Shown here: positions 1-11,300 of the stretch, one piece after another
How the letters are laid out: every line of letters starts with the position of its first letter
How positions within the stretch are numbered: position 1 is the first letter of the stretch
Origin: an uncultured Verrucomicrobiae bacterium
GTDB taxonomy: Bacteria; Verrucomicrobiota; Verrucomicrobiia; Chthoniobacterales; UBA10450
DNA: 64,000 nucleotides
Assembly (NCBI GenBank): GCA_963815455.1
Contig: CAWFGO010000002.1
Coordinates: 544,001-608,000, forward strand
Reading direction: 5' to 3'
Translations under genes and position numbers: made by a program
The notes under the pieces: generated by a model
What the model saw: the letters and a program-made list of their open reading frames with translations, nothing else
Database searches by the model: none
What the model was told of the DNA's origin: nothing

Positions 1-2
1 AA

Positions 3-1022
3 CGTCTTGGGGAGGGCAACGGCGGTCGTTCTCAACGTTTGCACCGGGCATCCCACATGATGATGTCCGCCTTGCGCGAAGCGCTGACTCAGGTTCCCGA
101 TTTCGATCCTGACCTGGCGGTAATTGGAACGACCAGCGGCGGCATGTCCTACGGCGAGGATTACTACCGATCGTTGCATCGACATGGCAATACACGCCAC
201 GCACCGACCTGGATCGCCAATTATCCTGCCCAGAAACCAGTGATCGACGCGCTGGAGGATTCTGAGGTTTCCGCCCCTTGCCGAGTGATCGCGAATGCCT
301 GTGCTTCGGGGACAAACGCCATTGGTCATGCCTTCGAGTGCGTTCGTTCGGGCCGCTACCAACGCGTTTTGACCGGCGGTTACGATGCGATCTCCGAGCT
401 GGTCTTTGTCGGTTTCGATTCGCTCCAGGCATCGACGCCGGAAAAGTGCCGGCCGTTCGATCGACAGCGCACCGGTATGGTGTTGGGCGAAGGCGCAGCG
501 GTCCTGGCCCTGGAAAATCTCGAGACCGCCCGCGCGCGCGGCGTGCCGGTCCTGGCCGAGATAACCGGTTACGGCATTTCCACGGATAATTTTCATCTTA
601 CTCAGCCGAATCCGTCCGGCGCCGGGCCGCGCCAAGCGATGGAGCAAGCGCTCCAGAGCGCTGGTCTGCCCGCCAAAGCGGTCGATTATATTAATGCGCA
701 TGGAACGGCCACGGCGTTCAATGACGCGGCGGAGGGCAAGGCCATCGCCGAGCTGTTCGGTCGGGTTCCGGTGAGCTCGACCAAGAGCATGATGGGACAC
801 TCGTTAGGCGCGGCGGGCGCGATTGAAGCGGTTTTCTGTCTGCTCGCACTCCGGGATCAATTTCTCCCGGCCAACATCAATTTCCGCGCGCCGGATGAAG
901 ATGTCGATCTTGATATCGTCGCGAACGAAGCGCGTCCGGCGATATTGAGCACCGTCCTTTCGAACTCGTTCGGTTTTGGCGGAACGAATGCTTCAATCGT
1001 TATGCAAAAGTTTGAGGCATGA
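3..1022 (+). CDS. Beta-ketoacyl-ACP synthase (FabF-like KS), 5' end outside window
   Basis: Frame is open from base 3. Catalytic Cys (ANACASG), His (INAHGT) and His (GHSLGAAG) present, plus SNSFGFGG. Confidence 0.9.
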   Translation, partial: RLGEGNGGRSQRLHRASHMMMSALREALTQVPDFDPDLAVIGTTSGGMSYGEDYYRSLHRHGNTRHAPTWIANYPAQKPVIDALEDSEVSAPCRVIANACASGTNAIGHAFECVRSGRYQRVLTGGYDAISELVFVGFDSLQASTPEKCRPFDRQRTGMVLGEGAAVLALENLETARARGVPVLAEITGYGISTDNFHLTQPNPSGAGPRQAMEQALQSAGLPAKAVDYINAHGTATAFNDAAEGKAIAELFGRVPVSSTKSMMGHSLGAAGAIEAVFCLLALRDQFLPANINFRAPDEDVDLDIVANEARPAILSTVLSNSFGFGGTNASIVMQKFEA

Positions 1023-2143
1023 GCCTGAAGATTGCCGGAATGGGGTGGGCCACACCTCTGGGCAGTGGTGTCGATCCTGTCTGGCAACGGCTGCTCCAAG
1101 GCGATGAGCCAATCGCAGAAAAGATCGGAGAACAGTTCAGCGACCGTTCGTATTCGGTTTTTCGCGTGCCGGAGTCCGCGCTCACCAAGTTGACACCTCA
1201 TTCGCGCCTGCGCCGGGCCAGCGCCATTTCCCGTTTCGCCGCCGCGGCCGGACTGGAGGCGCTCGAAGACGCAGGAGTCACGCTTGATCCGGATCAAGCG
1301 AAACGGATCGCTCTGGTTTTCGCCGTCTCAAATGGTGGTGTGGTCTACACGAAACGTTTTTACCGCGACATCGTCGAATCAGGCGCGCAATCAGCCAGCC
1401 CGCTCCTCTTTCCGGAAACGGTTTTCAACGCGCCGGCGAGCCATCTGGCGGCAATTCTCGGCATCACCGGCGCGACCTACACACTAGTTGGTGACGGCGC
1501 GGTCGGGCTCCCGGCTTTAAGCATGGCCGAAGATTTGATGGCGAACGAAGAACTCGATCATTGCCTTGTGGTGGGAGCGGAAGAAGTCGATTGGGTGCTC
1601 TGCGACGCGTATCGAAAATGGCGGCTTCTTCGAATGGACCCGCCGATCGAGCCATTTAGCGAAGTGCCGCGAGGAACGATTTTGAGCGAGGGGGCCGGCG
1701 CGATCGTATTGGCCAGGGACGGCTCGATAAGTATCGAGCAAACTCACGCGAGCACCCATTACGGCAAGCGCACCCAAGTCGAACCGCTCTTAAAGAAACT
1801 GCTTGCCGATCTGGCGGGGACCAGGATCGACATCGTCATCGCGAGTGCCAACGGCACATTCATCGACAAGGCGGAATCGGGCGCAATATCGCGGGTCGTC
1901 CCAGATGCGTCGGTTTACACGGCGAAGCCGGCGCTTGGCGAAAGTGTGGGAGCGGCAGGCTTGTGGCAGGTCATTTTGGGAGCGAAATCCTTGCTCACGG
2001 GGCAACTTCCACCCTCGCTTCATCTCAAGGCAGAGCCCCCGCCGCGCGCTTCAACGGCGATTCCGGCCGCTCAACAGGCGCTCGTCCTGGCCTGTGGCCT
2101 TAATCAGCAGATCGCCGGGCTACGTCTCCGGGGCGGCCAGTGA
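1019..2143 (+). CDS. Non-catalytic ketosynthase homolog (chain-length-factor-like)
   Basis: KS fold motifs (SPLLFPETVFNA, SEGAGAIVL), but Cys and both His are replaced (LVGDGAVG, IASANGT, LGESVGAAG). ATGA overlap with the upstream KS. Confidence 0.8.
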   Translation: MSLKIAGMGWATPLGSGVDPVWQRLLQGDEPIAEKIGEQFSDRSYSVFRVPESALTKLTPHSRLRRASAISRFAAAAGLEALEDAGVTLDPDQAKRIALVFAVSNGGVVYTKRFYRDIVESGAQSASPLLFPETVFNAPASHLAAILGITGATYTLVGDGAVGLPALSMAEDLMANEELDHCLVVGAEEVDWVLCDAYRKWRLLRMDPPIEPFSEVPRGTILSEGAGAIVLARDGSISIEQTHASTHYGKRTQVEPLLKKLLADLAGTRIDIVIASANGTFIDKAESGAISRVVPDASVYTAKPALGESVGAAGLWQVILGAKSLLTGQLPPSLHLKAEPPPRASTAIPAAQQALVLACGLNQQIAGLRLRGGQ

Positions 2144-2246
2144 GAATCCGGACCGGTTGGGCAGGGCCTGGGGCCCCAATCACAGCAGGCGCACCCGGTT
2201 TTAGCTTTGCAAGGAGACCCTCCTCCGGGTACCTTCGGCGACCGCC

Positions 2247-4493
2247 ATGGGAAGCCCGGTTCGTCTGTTCTTTGCCTTAATTCTGATCGCCAGCGTTGCC
2301 CGGGCGGCGGTCAAGACCCCGGAAGGATCGCCGATGGAAATTACGTCAACCGGGGAAACCAGTTACGAGAGCGGCCTGGCCACAGCGCGAGAGAACGTGG
2401 CTATTCACGTGGGCGATACGGATATTTACTCCGACTACGCGCAGTACAATTCCCGCACCCACGAAATCCTGGCGCGAGGACATGTGCGCATCTACCGCGA
2501 TACCAAGCTCTACCTGGCCGATAGCGGTATTTACAACACGGAGACGAAACAGATTCGGGCCAGCCATCTGCGCACCTCTTCCAATCCATATTTCGTCAGC
2601 GGTGAAGATGTCACCGAGATTTCCCAGAACGGCTACGTCATCAAGAACGGCACATTCACCACGCATGATGCGCCGGTGCCAGATTTCCATCTTCGGGCTC
2701 GAACGATTCGTGTTTACGAAAACGACCGCGTGATTTTCCAAAATGTGACGTTCTTCGTCGGAAAGACGCCGGTGTTTTGGTGGCCTTACCTTTACCAATC
2801 GCTCAACGACGCGTTCAGCTTTACCGTTTCACCCGCCTATCTCACCTCGTGGGGGCCGTCCCTTCTTACCCAGGTCCTCTTTCCGATCCGGGAGAATATC
2901 AAAGGTCGCATTCGGCTCGATTACCGCGAGCGGCGCGGTGTAGCCATCGGTTTCGAATCGGACATCACCTACGGAAAAGACGAAAGCAGTTGGGCGAAGA
3001 TCAAGACTTACTACATCCAGGACCAGGACCCGTTGGTGAATCGAACCGCCTTGCCCCGACATGAGATTCCCACCGGCCGCTACCGGGTCGGTTTGCAAGA
3101 CCTCACCAACTTTACCAGCGACATCTACGGCATCGTGGATGTCACAAAGCTAAGCGATCCGTTCGTGATGCAGGATTTTTACCAGAGCGAGTTCCGGGTC
3201 AATCCCGCGCCCGACAATGTGACTGCGCTAACCAAAAAAGACCCGTTCTACACGCTCACCGCCATCGCCCGTTTTCAGGCGAATCAATTCTTCGAACAAA
3301 CCGAGAGACTGCCGGAGGTAGTATTGGACATCAAACGCCATGGACTGTTTGGCGGCCCGATTTTTTATGAGGGCGAAAGCGGATTGGCCGATTTGCGGCG
3401 CCAATTTCCTGCTGACTCCGGGTTTCAAAACTACGGCGCGCTTCGACTCGACACGTTTCACCAACTGCTTTATCCAAATACCTACTTCGGCTGGCTCTCT
3501 GTTGTCCCGCGAGTTGGCTTTCGCGGAACCTACTACGACGAGACGCGCGATCTCGGGCGAACGATTTTTCCATCGAATTCGAACCAGTTTGTCCCCGATT
3601 TCATTCTGCCGGATCCGACGGCGGACAATCCAATTGTAAACGGCGGCACCGCCTTTCGCGCCATCGTCAACGCCGGCGCAGAGGCCTCGTTCAAAATTTC
3701 CCGGACGTGGGAAAACGTCGAGAGCCGCACTCTCGGCCTGGATGGCCTCATGCACGTCATTCAGCCGTTCACCAATTTCTCTTATGTCGCGGATAACGGA
3801 CTCAATCCGGCGGCGATTTTGCAATTCGACCGATTCGAGCCCAGCACCCAATTGCGGCCGATCGATTTTCCGCAATTCACCACCATCGATTCGATCGACG
3901 ACTGGACGATCTGGCGGGTGGGTGTCAGAAACCGCCTTCAAACCCGGCGTGATGACCAAACGGTTACCTGGCTCGAATTGGACACGTTTTTCGACGTGAA
4001 TTTCGACAGCCCCTACGACAAATCGAGTTACTCAAATTTCTTTAACAATATTCGCTTCTCGCCGCTCCCGTGGATGACACTCAACATCAACTCGCAGGTG
4101 CCGGCCTTCGATCGAGGCTTCACCGAAGTGAATACGAATTTGACGGTCCAACCGTTCCCAGGTCTTCAGGTCGGCGTCGGGCATCGCTATCTGAATGAGA
4201 ACCCATTTTTCCAGAACAGCAGCTTGTTTGTCGTTGGCGGATATTACCGGTTGAATGACAACTGGGGCATTGGCGTTCAGGAGCAGTACGAAGAAAATAG
4301 TGGGGTCCTGGAGCAACAGCGCTATGCGATTTACCGCGATCTGTCCAACTGGGTGGCGTCCCTGGGAGCCGTGGTGCGCGATAATGCTGGAGTGAAGGAA
4401 TACGGCGTGCTCTTCACTTTTACCCTCAAGGCGTTTCCAAAGTTCGGATTCGATCTAAATTTCGACCCCGGCAGCACCGGCGACAACCAATGA
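2247..4493 (+). CDS. lptD: LPS-assembly protein LptD
   Basis: Signal peptide, OstA-like N-terminal domain, TPVFWWPY motif, beta-barrel-like aromatic C-terminal region; 748 aa. Confidence 0.85.
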   Translation: MGSPVRLFFALILIASVARAAVKTPEGSPMEITSTGETSYESGLATARENVAIHVGDTDIYSDYAQYNSRTHEILARGHVRIYRDTKLYLADSGIYNTETKQIRASHLRTSSNPYFVSGEDVTEISQNGYVIKNGTFTTHDAPVPDFHLRARTIRVYENDRVIFQNVTFFVGKTPVFWWPYLYQSLNDAFSFTVSPAYLTSWGPSLLTQVLFPIRENIKGRIRLDYRERRGVAIGFESDITYGKDESSWAKIKTYYIQDQDPLVNRTALPRHEIPTGRYRVGLQDLTNFTSDIYGIVDVTKLSDPFVMQDFYQSEFRVNPAPDNVTALTKKDPFYTLTAIARFQANQFFEQTERLPEVVLDIKRHGLFGGPIFYEGESGLADLRRQFPADSGFQNYGALRLDTFHQLLYPNTYFGWLSVVPRVGFRGTYYDETRDLGRTIFPSNSNQFVPDFILPDPTADNPIVNGGTAFRAIVNAGAEASFKISRTWENVESRTLGLDGLMHVIQPFTNFSYVADNGLNPAAILQFDRFEPSTQLRPIDFPQFTTIDSIDDWTIWRVGVRNRLQTRRDDQTVTWLELDTFFDVNFDSPYDKSSYSNFFNNIRFSPLPWMTLNINSQVPAFDRGFTEVNTNLTVQPFPGLQVGVGHRYLNENPFFQNSSLFVVGGYYRLNDNWGIGVQEQYEENSGVLEQQRYAIYRDLSNWVASLGAVVRDNAGVKEYGVLFTFTLKAFPKFGFDLNFDPGSTGDNQ

Positions 4494-4581
4494 TTGCAAT
4501 CGAGCAAAGCATGCTACCGTTTTCAGCCCTGGCCCACCGGTTGCTTCGTTGTGACTGAGGTGCGACGGCGCTTTTTTTGCT

Positions 4582-5895
4582 ATGGATCTTTCGATTGTTG
4601 GCTCTGGTTACGTCGGACTCGTCACGGGGGCGTGCTTTGCCGACGTCGGGCATAACGTAATTTGCGTCGATAACGATCCGCGAAAAATCGAAACCCTGCA
4701 GGCGGGCAAAGTGCCGATTTACGAACCGGGACTCGAAGACCTGATTCATCGCAACGTCTCCGCAAACCGGCTGCGTTTCACCGGCAGCATCGAAGAAGGC
4801 GTCGATAATTCGCAGATTGTTTTCATCGCCGTTCCCACGCCTCAGCAAGAAAGTGGCGATGTCGATCTTAGTTTCATCGAAAAAGTCGCGCGCGAGATCG
4901 CCCGGGTTCTGAAGAGCTATCGCGTGATCGTCGACAAGAGCACTGTTCCGGTAAAAACAGGTGAAAAGGTCGCCGAATCGATCAAACGCTACAATCGTCA
5001 TGGCGCGGAATTCGATGTCGTCAGCAATCCGGAATTTCTCCGCGAGGGCTGCGCAGTTCGCGACTTGATGCATCCGGATCGCATCGTCATCGGGGCCCAA
5101 AGCGAACACGCCATCGCTCTCATGAAGAAAGTCTATGAGCCTTTCATGGCGCCGATCCTTGTTACCGATATCAATAGCGCTGAGCTCATCAAACACGCAG
5201 CGAACTCGTTCCTGGCATTGAAGATTTCTTATATGAATGCAGTCTCGGCCATTTGCGAGGCCAGCGGCGCCGATGTCGAAAAAGTGGCGGATGGAATTGG
5301 AATGGATCGGCGCATCGGACGCGATTTCTTGAACGCAGGGATTGGATACGGCGGCTCCTGTTTTCCGAAGGATCTGGCCGCCTTTATCACGATTAGCGAG
5401 CAAATCGGCGTTCCGTTTCAATTGCTCAAGGAGGTGCAGCGCATAAACACCGGCCAGAAAGAGCGTTTCCTGAAAGCGATCCGGGACACGCTCTGGGTTT
5501 TGCGGGAGAAAAAAATTGCCGTCTGGGGCCTGACTTTTAAACCCGATACCGATGATATCCGCTCGTCCGTCGCGATTGATCTTGTGGCCGATCTTTTGCG
5601 CGAAGGCGCGCACGTCACTGGTTACGATCCGAAGGGGATGGAAAAGGCACGCGAAGTAAAGGCCATTGCAGGTGCGAAACTTACAGCCTCCGCTCTCGAT
5701 GCGGTGGAAGGCGCCGAAGCGCTGATCATCGCCACCGAGTGGAGCGAATTTGCCAACGTCGATCTCGCGGTGGTGAAAGCAAAGATGACGACGCCGATCG
5801 TGTTTGACGGACGCAATCTGTTTGATCCCGAGACGATGGGGCAGCTCGGCTTTCGGTATCATTCCATCGGCAGACCAAGCGTGAAACCACGCTAA
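4582..5895 (+). CDS. ugd: UDP-glucose 6-dehydrogenase
   Basis: GSGYVG, KSTVP, SNPEFLREG, GYGGSCFPKD, FKPDTDD motifs. Confidence 0.95.
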   Translation: MDLSIVGSGYVGLVTGACFADVGHNVICVDNDPRKIETLQAGKVPIYEPGLEDLIHRNVSANRLRFTGSIEEGVDNSQIVFIAVPTPQQESGDVDLSFIEKVAREIARVLKSYRVIVDKSTVPVKTGEKVAESIKRYNRHGAEFDVVSNPEFLREGCAVRDLMHPDRIVIGAQSEHAIALMKKVYEPFMAPILVTDINSAELIKHAANSFLALKISYMNAVSAICEASGADVEKVADGIGMDRRIGRDFLNAGIGYGGSCFPKDLAAFITISEQIGVPFQLLKEVQRINTGQKERFLKAIRDTLWVLREKKIAVWGLTFKPDTDDIRSSVAIDLVADLLREGAHVTGYDPKGMEKAREVKAIAGAKLTASALDAVEGAEALIIATEWSEFANVDLAVVKAKMTTPIVFDGRNLFDPETMGQLGFRYHSIGRPSVKPR

Positions 5896-5912
5896 ATTAA
5901 CGGCAATAACGT

Positions 5913-7177
5913 ATGGCGCAGCTCTCTGCTCGCCGCGCGGCCCTCGCCGCCCTTCGAACATGGCGCACGAAGACGCGCTTTGCCGATTCAATTATCTCGA
6001 AGCTCCTCGACGAGACAAACCTGGCAACGCCAGACCGCGGCTTCGTGCTCGAGCTGTTTTACGGCGTATGCGCAATCTGACTCTGCTTGATTTCTGGATC
6101 GACTGCCTGAGGCCGACTGCTGTTGATGTCGATCTTCGAGACATCCTGCGGCTCGGGATCTATCAACTCTTCTGTCTCAAGACGCCGGAGCACGCCGCCG
6201 TTTACGAATCGGTCGAACTCGCTCCCAAGCGCGGTCGGACAGTAATCAATGGAATCCTTCGCGCGGCAGCGCGCCGAAAGACCGAACTACGCTCGCGGGC
6301 GCAGGCGCAACCGCTGTTTGTCCGCACTTCGCATCCGCAATTTCTGGTTGAGCGCTGGCGGCAACAATTTGGCGCCAAGGCCACCGAAGCATTGTGCACG
6401 TGGAATAATGAACCGCCGTCGGTCTATGGCCGCATCAATCGATTGAAGATCGATCCCGAAACATTCCTGCAGCGTCATCCCAATGCGAAGGCGCTGTCAA
6501 ACGATCCAGATTTTGTCGAGTTTCATGCTTTCCCAAGTGATGCGCTTAATCGCGGCGATTGCTATATTCAGGACCCGAGCACCGCGATTGCCTGCCGGCT
6601 TCTCGATCCACGGCCCGGAGAAAAGATTCTGGACGTTTGCGCTGCTCCCGGCGGGAAGACAGGTCACATCGCGGAATTGATGAACAACAGTGGCCTAATC
6701 GTAGCCTGCGACCGCGGACCCGATCGCCTTCGCATCCTTACTGAAAACGTCGCCCGGCTTGGTCTCGGAATCGTCACTGTCCTTGAGAGCGATTGGGAGA
6801 GCGGTTGCGTGCCGGAGGCAATCGCATCGCTTGGTCCTTTCGATCGCATCCTGGTAGACGCGCCGTGCAGCAATACCGGGGTAATGCGCCGTCGCGTCGA
6901 TGTACGGTGGCGGTTACAACCCGCGGATTTCGCCCGCATGGCAAATCGGCAGCTCAAGGTATTGCGCGCGATCTTTCCTTTATTGAAACCTGGCGGCGTG
7001 CTTGTTTACAGCACTTGCAGTCTCGAGCCTGAAGAAAATGGGGAAGTCGTGCGCCATCTTGTTACCGAATTGCCAATCTTGCGCTTGGTGACGGAAAAAT
7101 GTTCCCTTCCGTTTCAAGACGGATTCGATGGCGCTTTCGCGGCCAAACTTATTCACGGCGCACAGGCGTCCCCCTGA
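5913..7177 (+). CDS. rsmB: 16S rRNA m5C967 methyltransferase RsmB (one frameshift near 6068)
   Basis: MAQLSARRAALAAL...FVLELFYGV in one frame continues as RNLTLLDF in the next. Motifs LDVCAAPGGKT, DAPCS, VYSTCS. Confidence 0.9.
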
Positions 7178-7214
7178 TTTGCATCCGACGCAGCTAGTGG
7201 AATCATAAACCCCT

Positions 7215-8321
7215 ATGCACGACGCCCGCTTTGATAAGCTCGCCAAAGTTCTGGTGGAATACTCCACCCGGCTCAAGCCCAACGAAAATGTCTTAATAGA
7301 GGCATTTGATGTTCCAGATGAGATGACGATTGCCTTGATTCGCGCGGCACGGAGAGCGGGAGCCTCCCCGTTTGTTCAAGTCCAGCGCGGCCGAATCAGT
7401 CGCGAACTGGCGATGGAGGCATCGGATCGACAACTGAACCTTGCCGCCCGCCACGAACTGGCCCGGATGAAAAAAATGGACGCATATATCGCGCTGCGGG
7501 GGAGTAACAACATTACCGAGCTATCCGATGTGCCGGTGGAGAAGCTCAAGCTGGTCGCGAAAAAAATGCGCCCGGTGCAGGACCATCGAGTCAAGAAAAC
7601 GAAGTGGGTGGTTTTGCGCTGGCCGACACCCTCGATGGCCCAGCTTGCCGGAATGAGCACGGAGGCGTTCGAGGATTTTTATTTCGATGTCTGCACACTG
7701 GACTACCGCAAGCTTCAACCCGGGATGAAGACCCTGAAGGCGCTAATGGAAAAGACCAATCGGGTCGTCGTGAAAGGACCGGGCACCGATCTCCGGTTCA
7801 GCATTAAGGGAATTGCCGCTATCATTTGCGGGGGCGATCGCAATATCCCCGACGGCGAGGTTTTCACCTGCCCGGTAAAGGACTCTGTTCAGGGACATGT
7901 GACATTCAACGCGCCGAGCATTTATCAAGGAACCGGTTTCGACGGGATCCGGCTGGAGTTTCGGGACGGCAAGATTGTCGATGCAACCAGCAACGAGACG
8001 AAAAAGCTGAACAAGATTCTCGATTCCGATCCCGGCGCGCGTTACATCGGAGAATTCTCGCTCGGATTTAATCCGCGAATCCTGCAACCAATGCGCGATA
8101 TTTTGTTCGACGAGAAGATTGCCGGCTCATTCCACTTTACGCCGGGACAAGCCTACGAGGAAGCGGACAACGGAAACCGCAGCCAGGTCCACTGGGACAT
8201 GGTCAGCATCCAGCGACCGGAATACGGCGGCGGCGAGATTTACTTCGACGGCAAGCTCATCCGGCGAAACGGCGAGTTTCTGCCGAAGCAATTGCGTTCG
8301 CTAAATCGAAGCAGATGGTAA
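7215..8321 (+). CDS. Aminopeptidase, M29 (AmpS/PepS) family
   Basis: [31 protein letters not shown] motifs. Confidence 0.92.
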   Translation: MHDARFDKLAKVLVEYSTRLKPNENVLIEAFDVPDEMTIALIRAARRAGASPFVQVQRGRISRELAMEASDRQLNLAARHELARMKKMDAYIALRGSNNITELSDVPVEKLKLVAKKMRPVQDHRVKKTKWVVLRWPTPSMAQLAGMSTEAFEDFYFDVCTLDYRKLQPGMKTLKALMEKTNRVVVKGPGTDLRFSIKGIAAIICGGDRNIPDGEVFTCPVKDSVQGHVTFNAPSIYQGTGFDGIRLEFRDGKIVDATSNETKKLNKILDSDPGARYIGEFSLGFNPRILQPMRDILFDEKIAGSFHFTPGQAYEEADNGNRSQVHWDMVSIQRPEYGGGEIYFDGKLIRRNGEFLPKQLRSLNRSRW

Positions 8322-8334
8322 GCGCTCTGTTCGC

Positions 8335-11300
8335 TTAACCGCGTCTCTGGCCGTGTCCCGCCAGATTAAGCTGCATCATTCCGATATCCCCGCTGCCAGT
8401 CAGCTGGAGGTTGGCGATTTCGAACATCGGGGCACCTTCTCCGGCCGTTGGAGCCGGGCCAGGCAGCTGCACCAGGACCTGTTTCGAATTCGAATTCAGG
8501 ACAATGGAAGCAATCTCAAACGAGGGCGAAAATTCGACCGTTGTGATCTGGAAAGGCGCCGTTACCAAAACGGAAGCAGCTTGTCCTGACGGAGTGAGTT
8601 GGACCGGTGCAGCCTCGAAATTTACGAGCTGCAACCCAGCGACCGTAAACGAAGGCGAACCAGTTTGGGTTGGACGTTGTGCTTGAGTTGGGGTCAATCG
8701 GATGCTGCCAAGGGCTCCGCCCGCTGGCTGAATTTTCCCAATCTCGAATGTCACTTGCAGATTCATTCCCGGCTGTGGCTGCTGCGAAGGCGCCAAGCGC
8801 ATGGTAACGATCTTGGACGTCGGTCGCACTTGCAGCGCACCCATTTTGAATGTGGGTGTCAATTGCATCGAGGCGATCTCGAACGTGAAAGTGAGCTGCA
8901 CGGCAGTGTGCATTGCGCCAGCAGGCTGCGGCGCGCCACCAGCGGCTGGTCTGACGGTTGGGATTTGGATCGGTTCAGGCATGGTTACAGTTGTTATTGT
9001 TTGCTCTATTAAGGGCTCAGTGGAAAGGACACTCGTGTCAAACGCCGGGGTGTCAACTACCGCTTCGGCCGCGGACGTTTCCTCCCAAACGGGCATTTGG
9101 TAGGGGATTGGCTGCCCCTGTCCGATCGGTTCCAGTTCCGGCTCGATCGCGGGCTCGAAAACAGGCGACGCAATTGCCGATTCAACGACCGGCTCAGGCT
9201 CGATAAAAGGCGAGGGCGCAAATTCTGTGGCAGCCGGCATCTCGGTAGCCCACGAAACCGGCTCAGCCACGTCTGAAACTGCGGGCCATGTCGCCTCCAG
9301 CGCTTGGTCCACGACCGGTCCGACCGACTCGACCGCCAGCTCCTCGGCCGGCGGCATTTCGACGGCAGGCTCGGGCGCACGATAGGCGGGTTCTACGGTC
9401 CGACGAACAACCGGCTCCGGCGCGCGATAGGCAACCGGTTCCGCAACAGCACCAGCCGCAGCCGATGCGCCCCCCAGAGCGCGAGTAGCCTTGCCGGAAG
9501 GCAAAACACTGCGCCGCAAAGAAGGCTCCGACGCTTTCAATTGCAGCGAGACCTGGCGCGGTCCACCGCTCAGACGCTTGGCCACCGCGGGTCGATTCCC
9601 GGCTGCCGCGACCGGCAACGAGCCAACGCTAGGCCCCGAGGCCGGGGCAGTTTGGCCAAAAACTGGCACTTGTATGACGCCACGGCGATTCAATTCGGGA
9701 ATAATTACCCAGGCTAACAAAAACGTAGCGGCCAAAAGCGATCCGACGATGAGCAGCGTTCGTGGCGCCGTCATTCGATTCGCAGTCGCGGCAGCCTGTG
9801 ACGGTTCTGCCACGCGCGCGGGAGCGAGCGTTGTGGCGGGCGTGGCCGCGACCGGCGGCGCGGATTGCTCGGCTGCGGGGCTCGATTCCGCCACCGCCAA
9901 CTGCTCAGTTTCCGCCGCTGGCGAGGCTTCCGCCGCAACAGGAGTCGTTTCCACCATTGGCGACAAAGTGGGTGCGGGAGCGGCTGGCACCTCTTCCGGA
10001 CTTGCCGGCGTGCCCGCGGCTGAAGCGCTTCCCAGGTTTAGTCCCAACGCGGGAGATTCGGTTGCTTGCGATGTCGTTCCCTCTTTCCAGCTAACCAGCG
10101 GACTCACCGAAGATGCAGCTTTTGTTTCAGGCTTAGACTCCGGCTTGGATTCGATCTTCTCCGCTGTTGCCTCCGCCTTCGTTTCTTTCGGCAGTTTATT
10201 GGCCGCCAAAGCCGCGCCGGGAATCGGGCTGGGCTCGATCGCCGGGCTGGCTTCAGTTGGCGCCGACATGACAGTCGCGGCTTCGGCCGCAGGCGCGGGC
10301 CCTGCCGCAATGGCCGGCGTTTGCATCCAGCCCAAATCATAAAACGAATCCGCGAAAACATTGTTCAGCGCCGGCGAGTAAATCTTCTTGGCCGATGTCA
10401 CCCAGTCGCTCGCCTTGTTGGGATTGTTGTGCTTAAACTCCCAGGCCGCCTGCGCATAATAAAGAGCGGGCGTGTCGCCGGTAAATTGGAACTGCTCCAT
10501 CATCTTTTGCGCCCGGCTGTCCTTGCCTTCGAGCAACAGGGTCATGAAGATTTTGAACTTGAGGATTTGCGATGCCTGGTTCTTGTCGCCCCCTGGAGTT
10601 TGCTTCAACAGCGCTTCAAACCGGTCGCGGGCCTCCGCGTAGTCTTTTTTCTTGAATGGAATTTGCGCGAGATTGTATTGCGCCTCCCGGAATTTTGGAT
10701 CGATCTTGGCCGCCTTTTTGAAACTCGATTCCGCTTCGTCGAATTCGCTCTGCTCCACCAAAATTTCGCCGCGCAAATTTAGCGTGGCCGGCTGATTGGG
10801 TTCCGCCGCATCGGCTTCATCGATAAATTTTCGCGCCGACGTCAAGTCGCGTTGCTGAAAAGCTTGCTGCGCCTGTTCGAACCGCGACCGCGCAAACGCT
10901 TTCGTTTTTTCCGTCCGCTCCGCTGCGCTCGTCAACGGGATCGACGCGCGGGCCTGGCCGGCCGGCTTTTCCATCCAACCCACTTCGTACAACGATTCGG
11001 CAAACAGCTTGTTCAATTGCGGCGAAAAATTCTTCTCCGCCGCCGTCATCCAATCTTTGGCTTCTTTGGAATTGTTATGCTGAAACGCCAGGGCGGCATT
11101 CGCATAGTGAACGGCCGGTGTATCGGGCGAGAGTTCGAACTTGGCCAGAATCGAATCGACCATGTTCTCTTTGCCTTCGAGCAAATACGTTAGCAAAATT
11201 TTGTACTGAATCAGTTGGGCCGCTTCCCCTTCCAAATCCGATACGTTGCTGGAAAGCAATTTCTGAAAACGATCCCGCGCTTCCGGCCAGTCTTTTTTCA

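Noticed and set aside
4426..5991. 521-aa minus-strand ORF
   Set aside because: Antisense shadow of ugd in GC-rich DNA; no motifs.
9491..10342. 283-aa Ala/Gly-rich plus-strand ORF
   Set aside because: Antisense of the low-complexity linker of the TPR protein.
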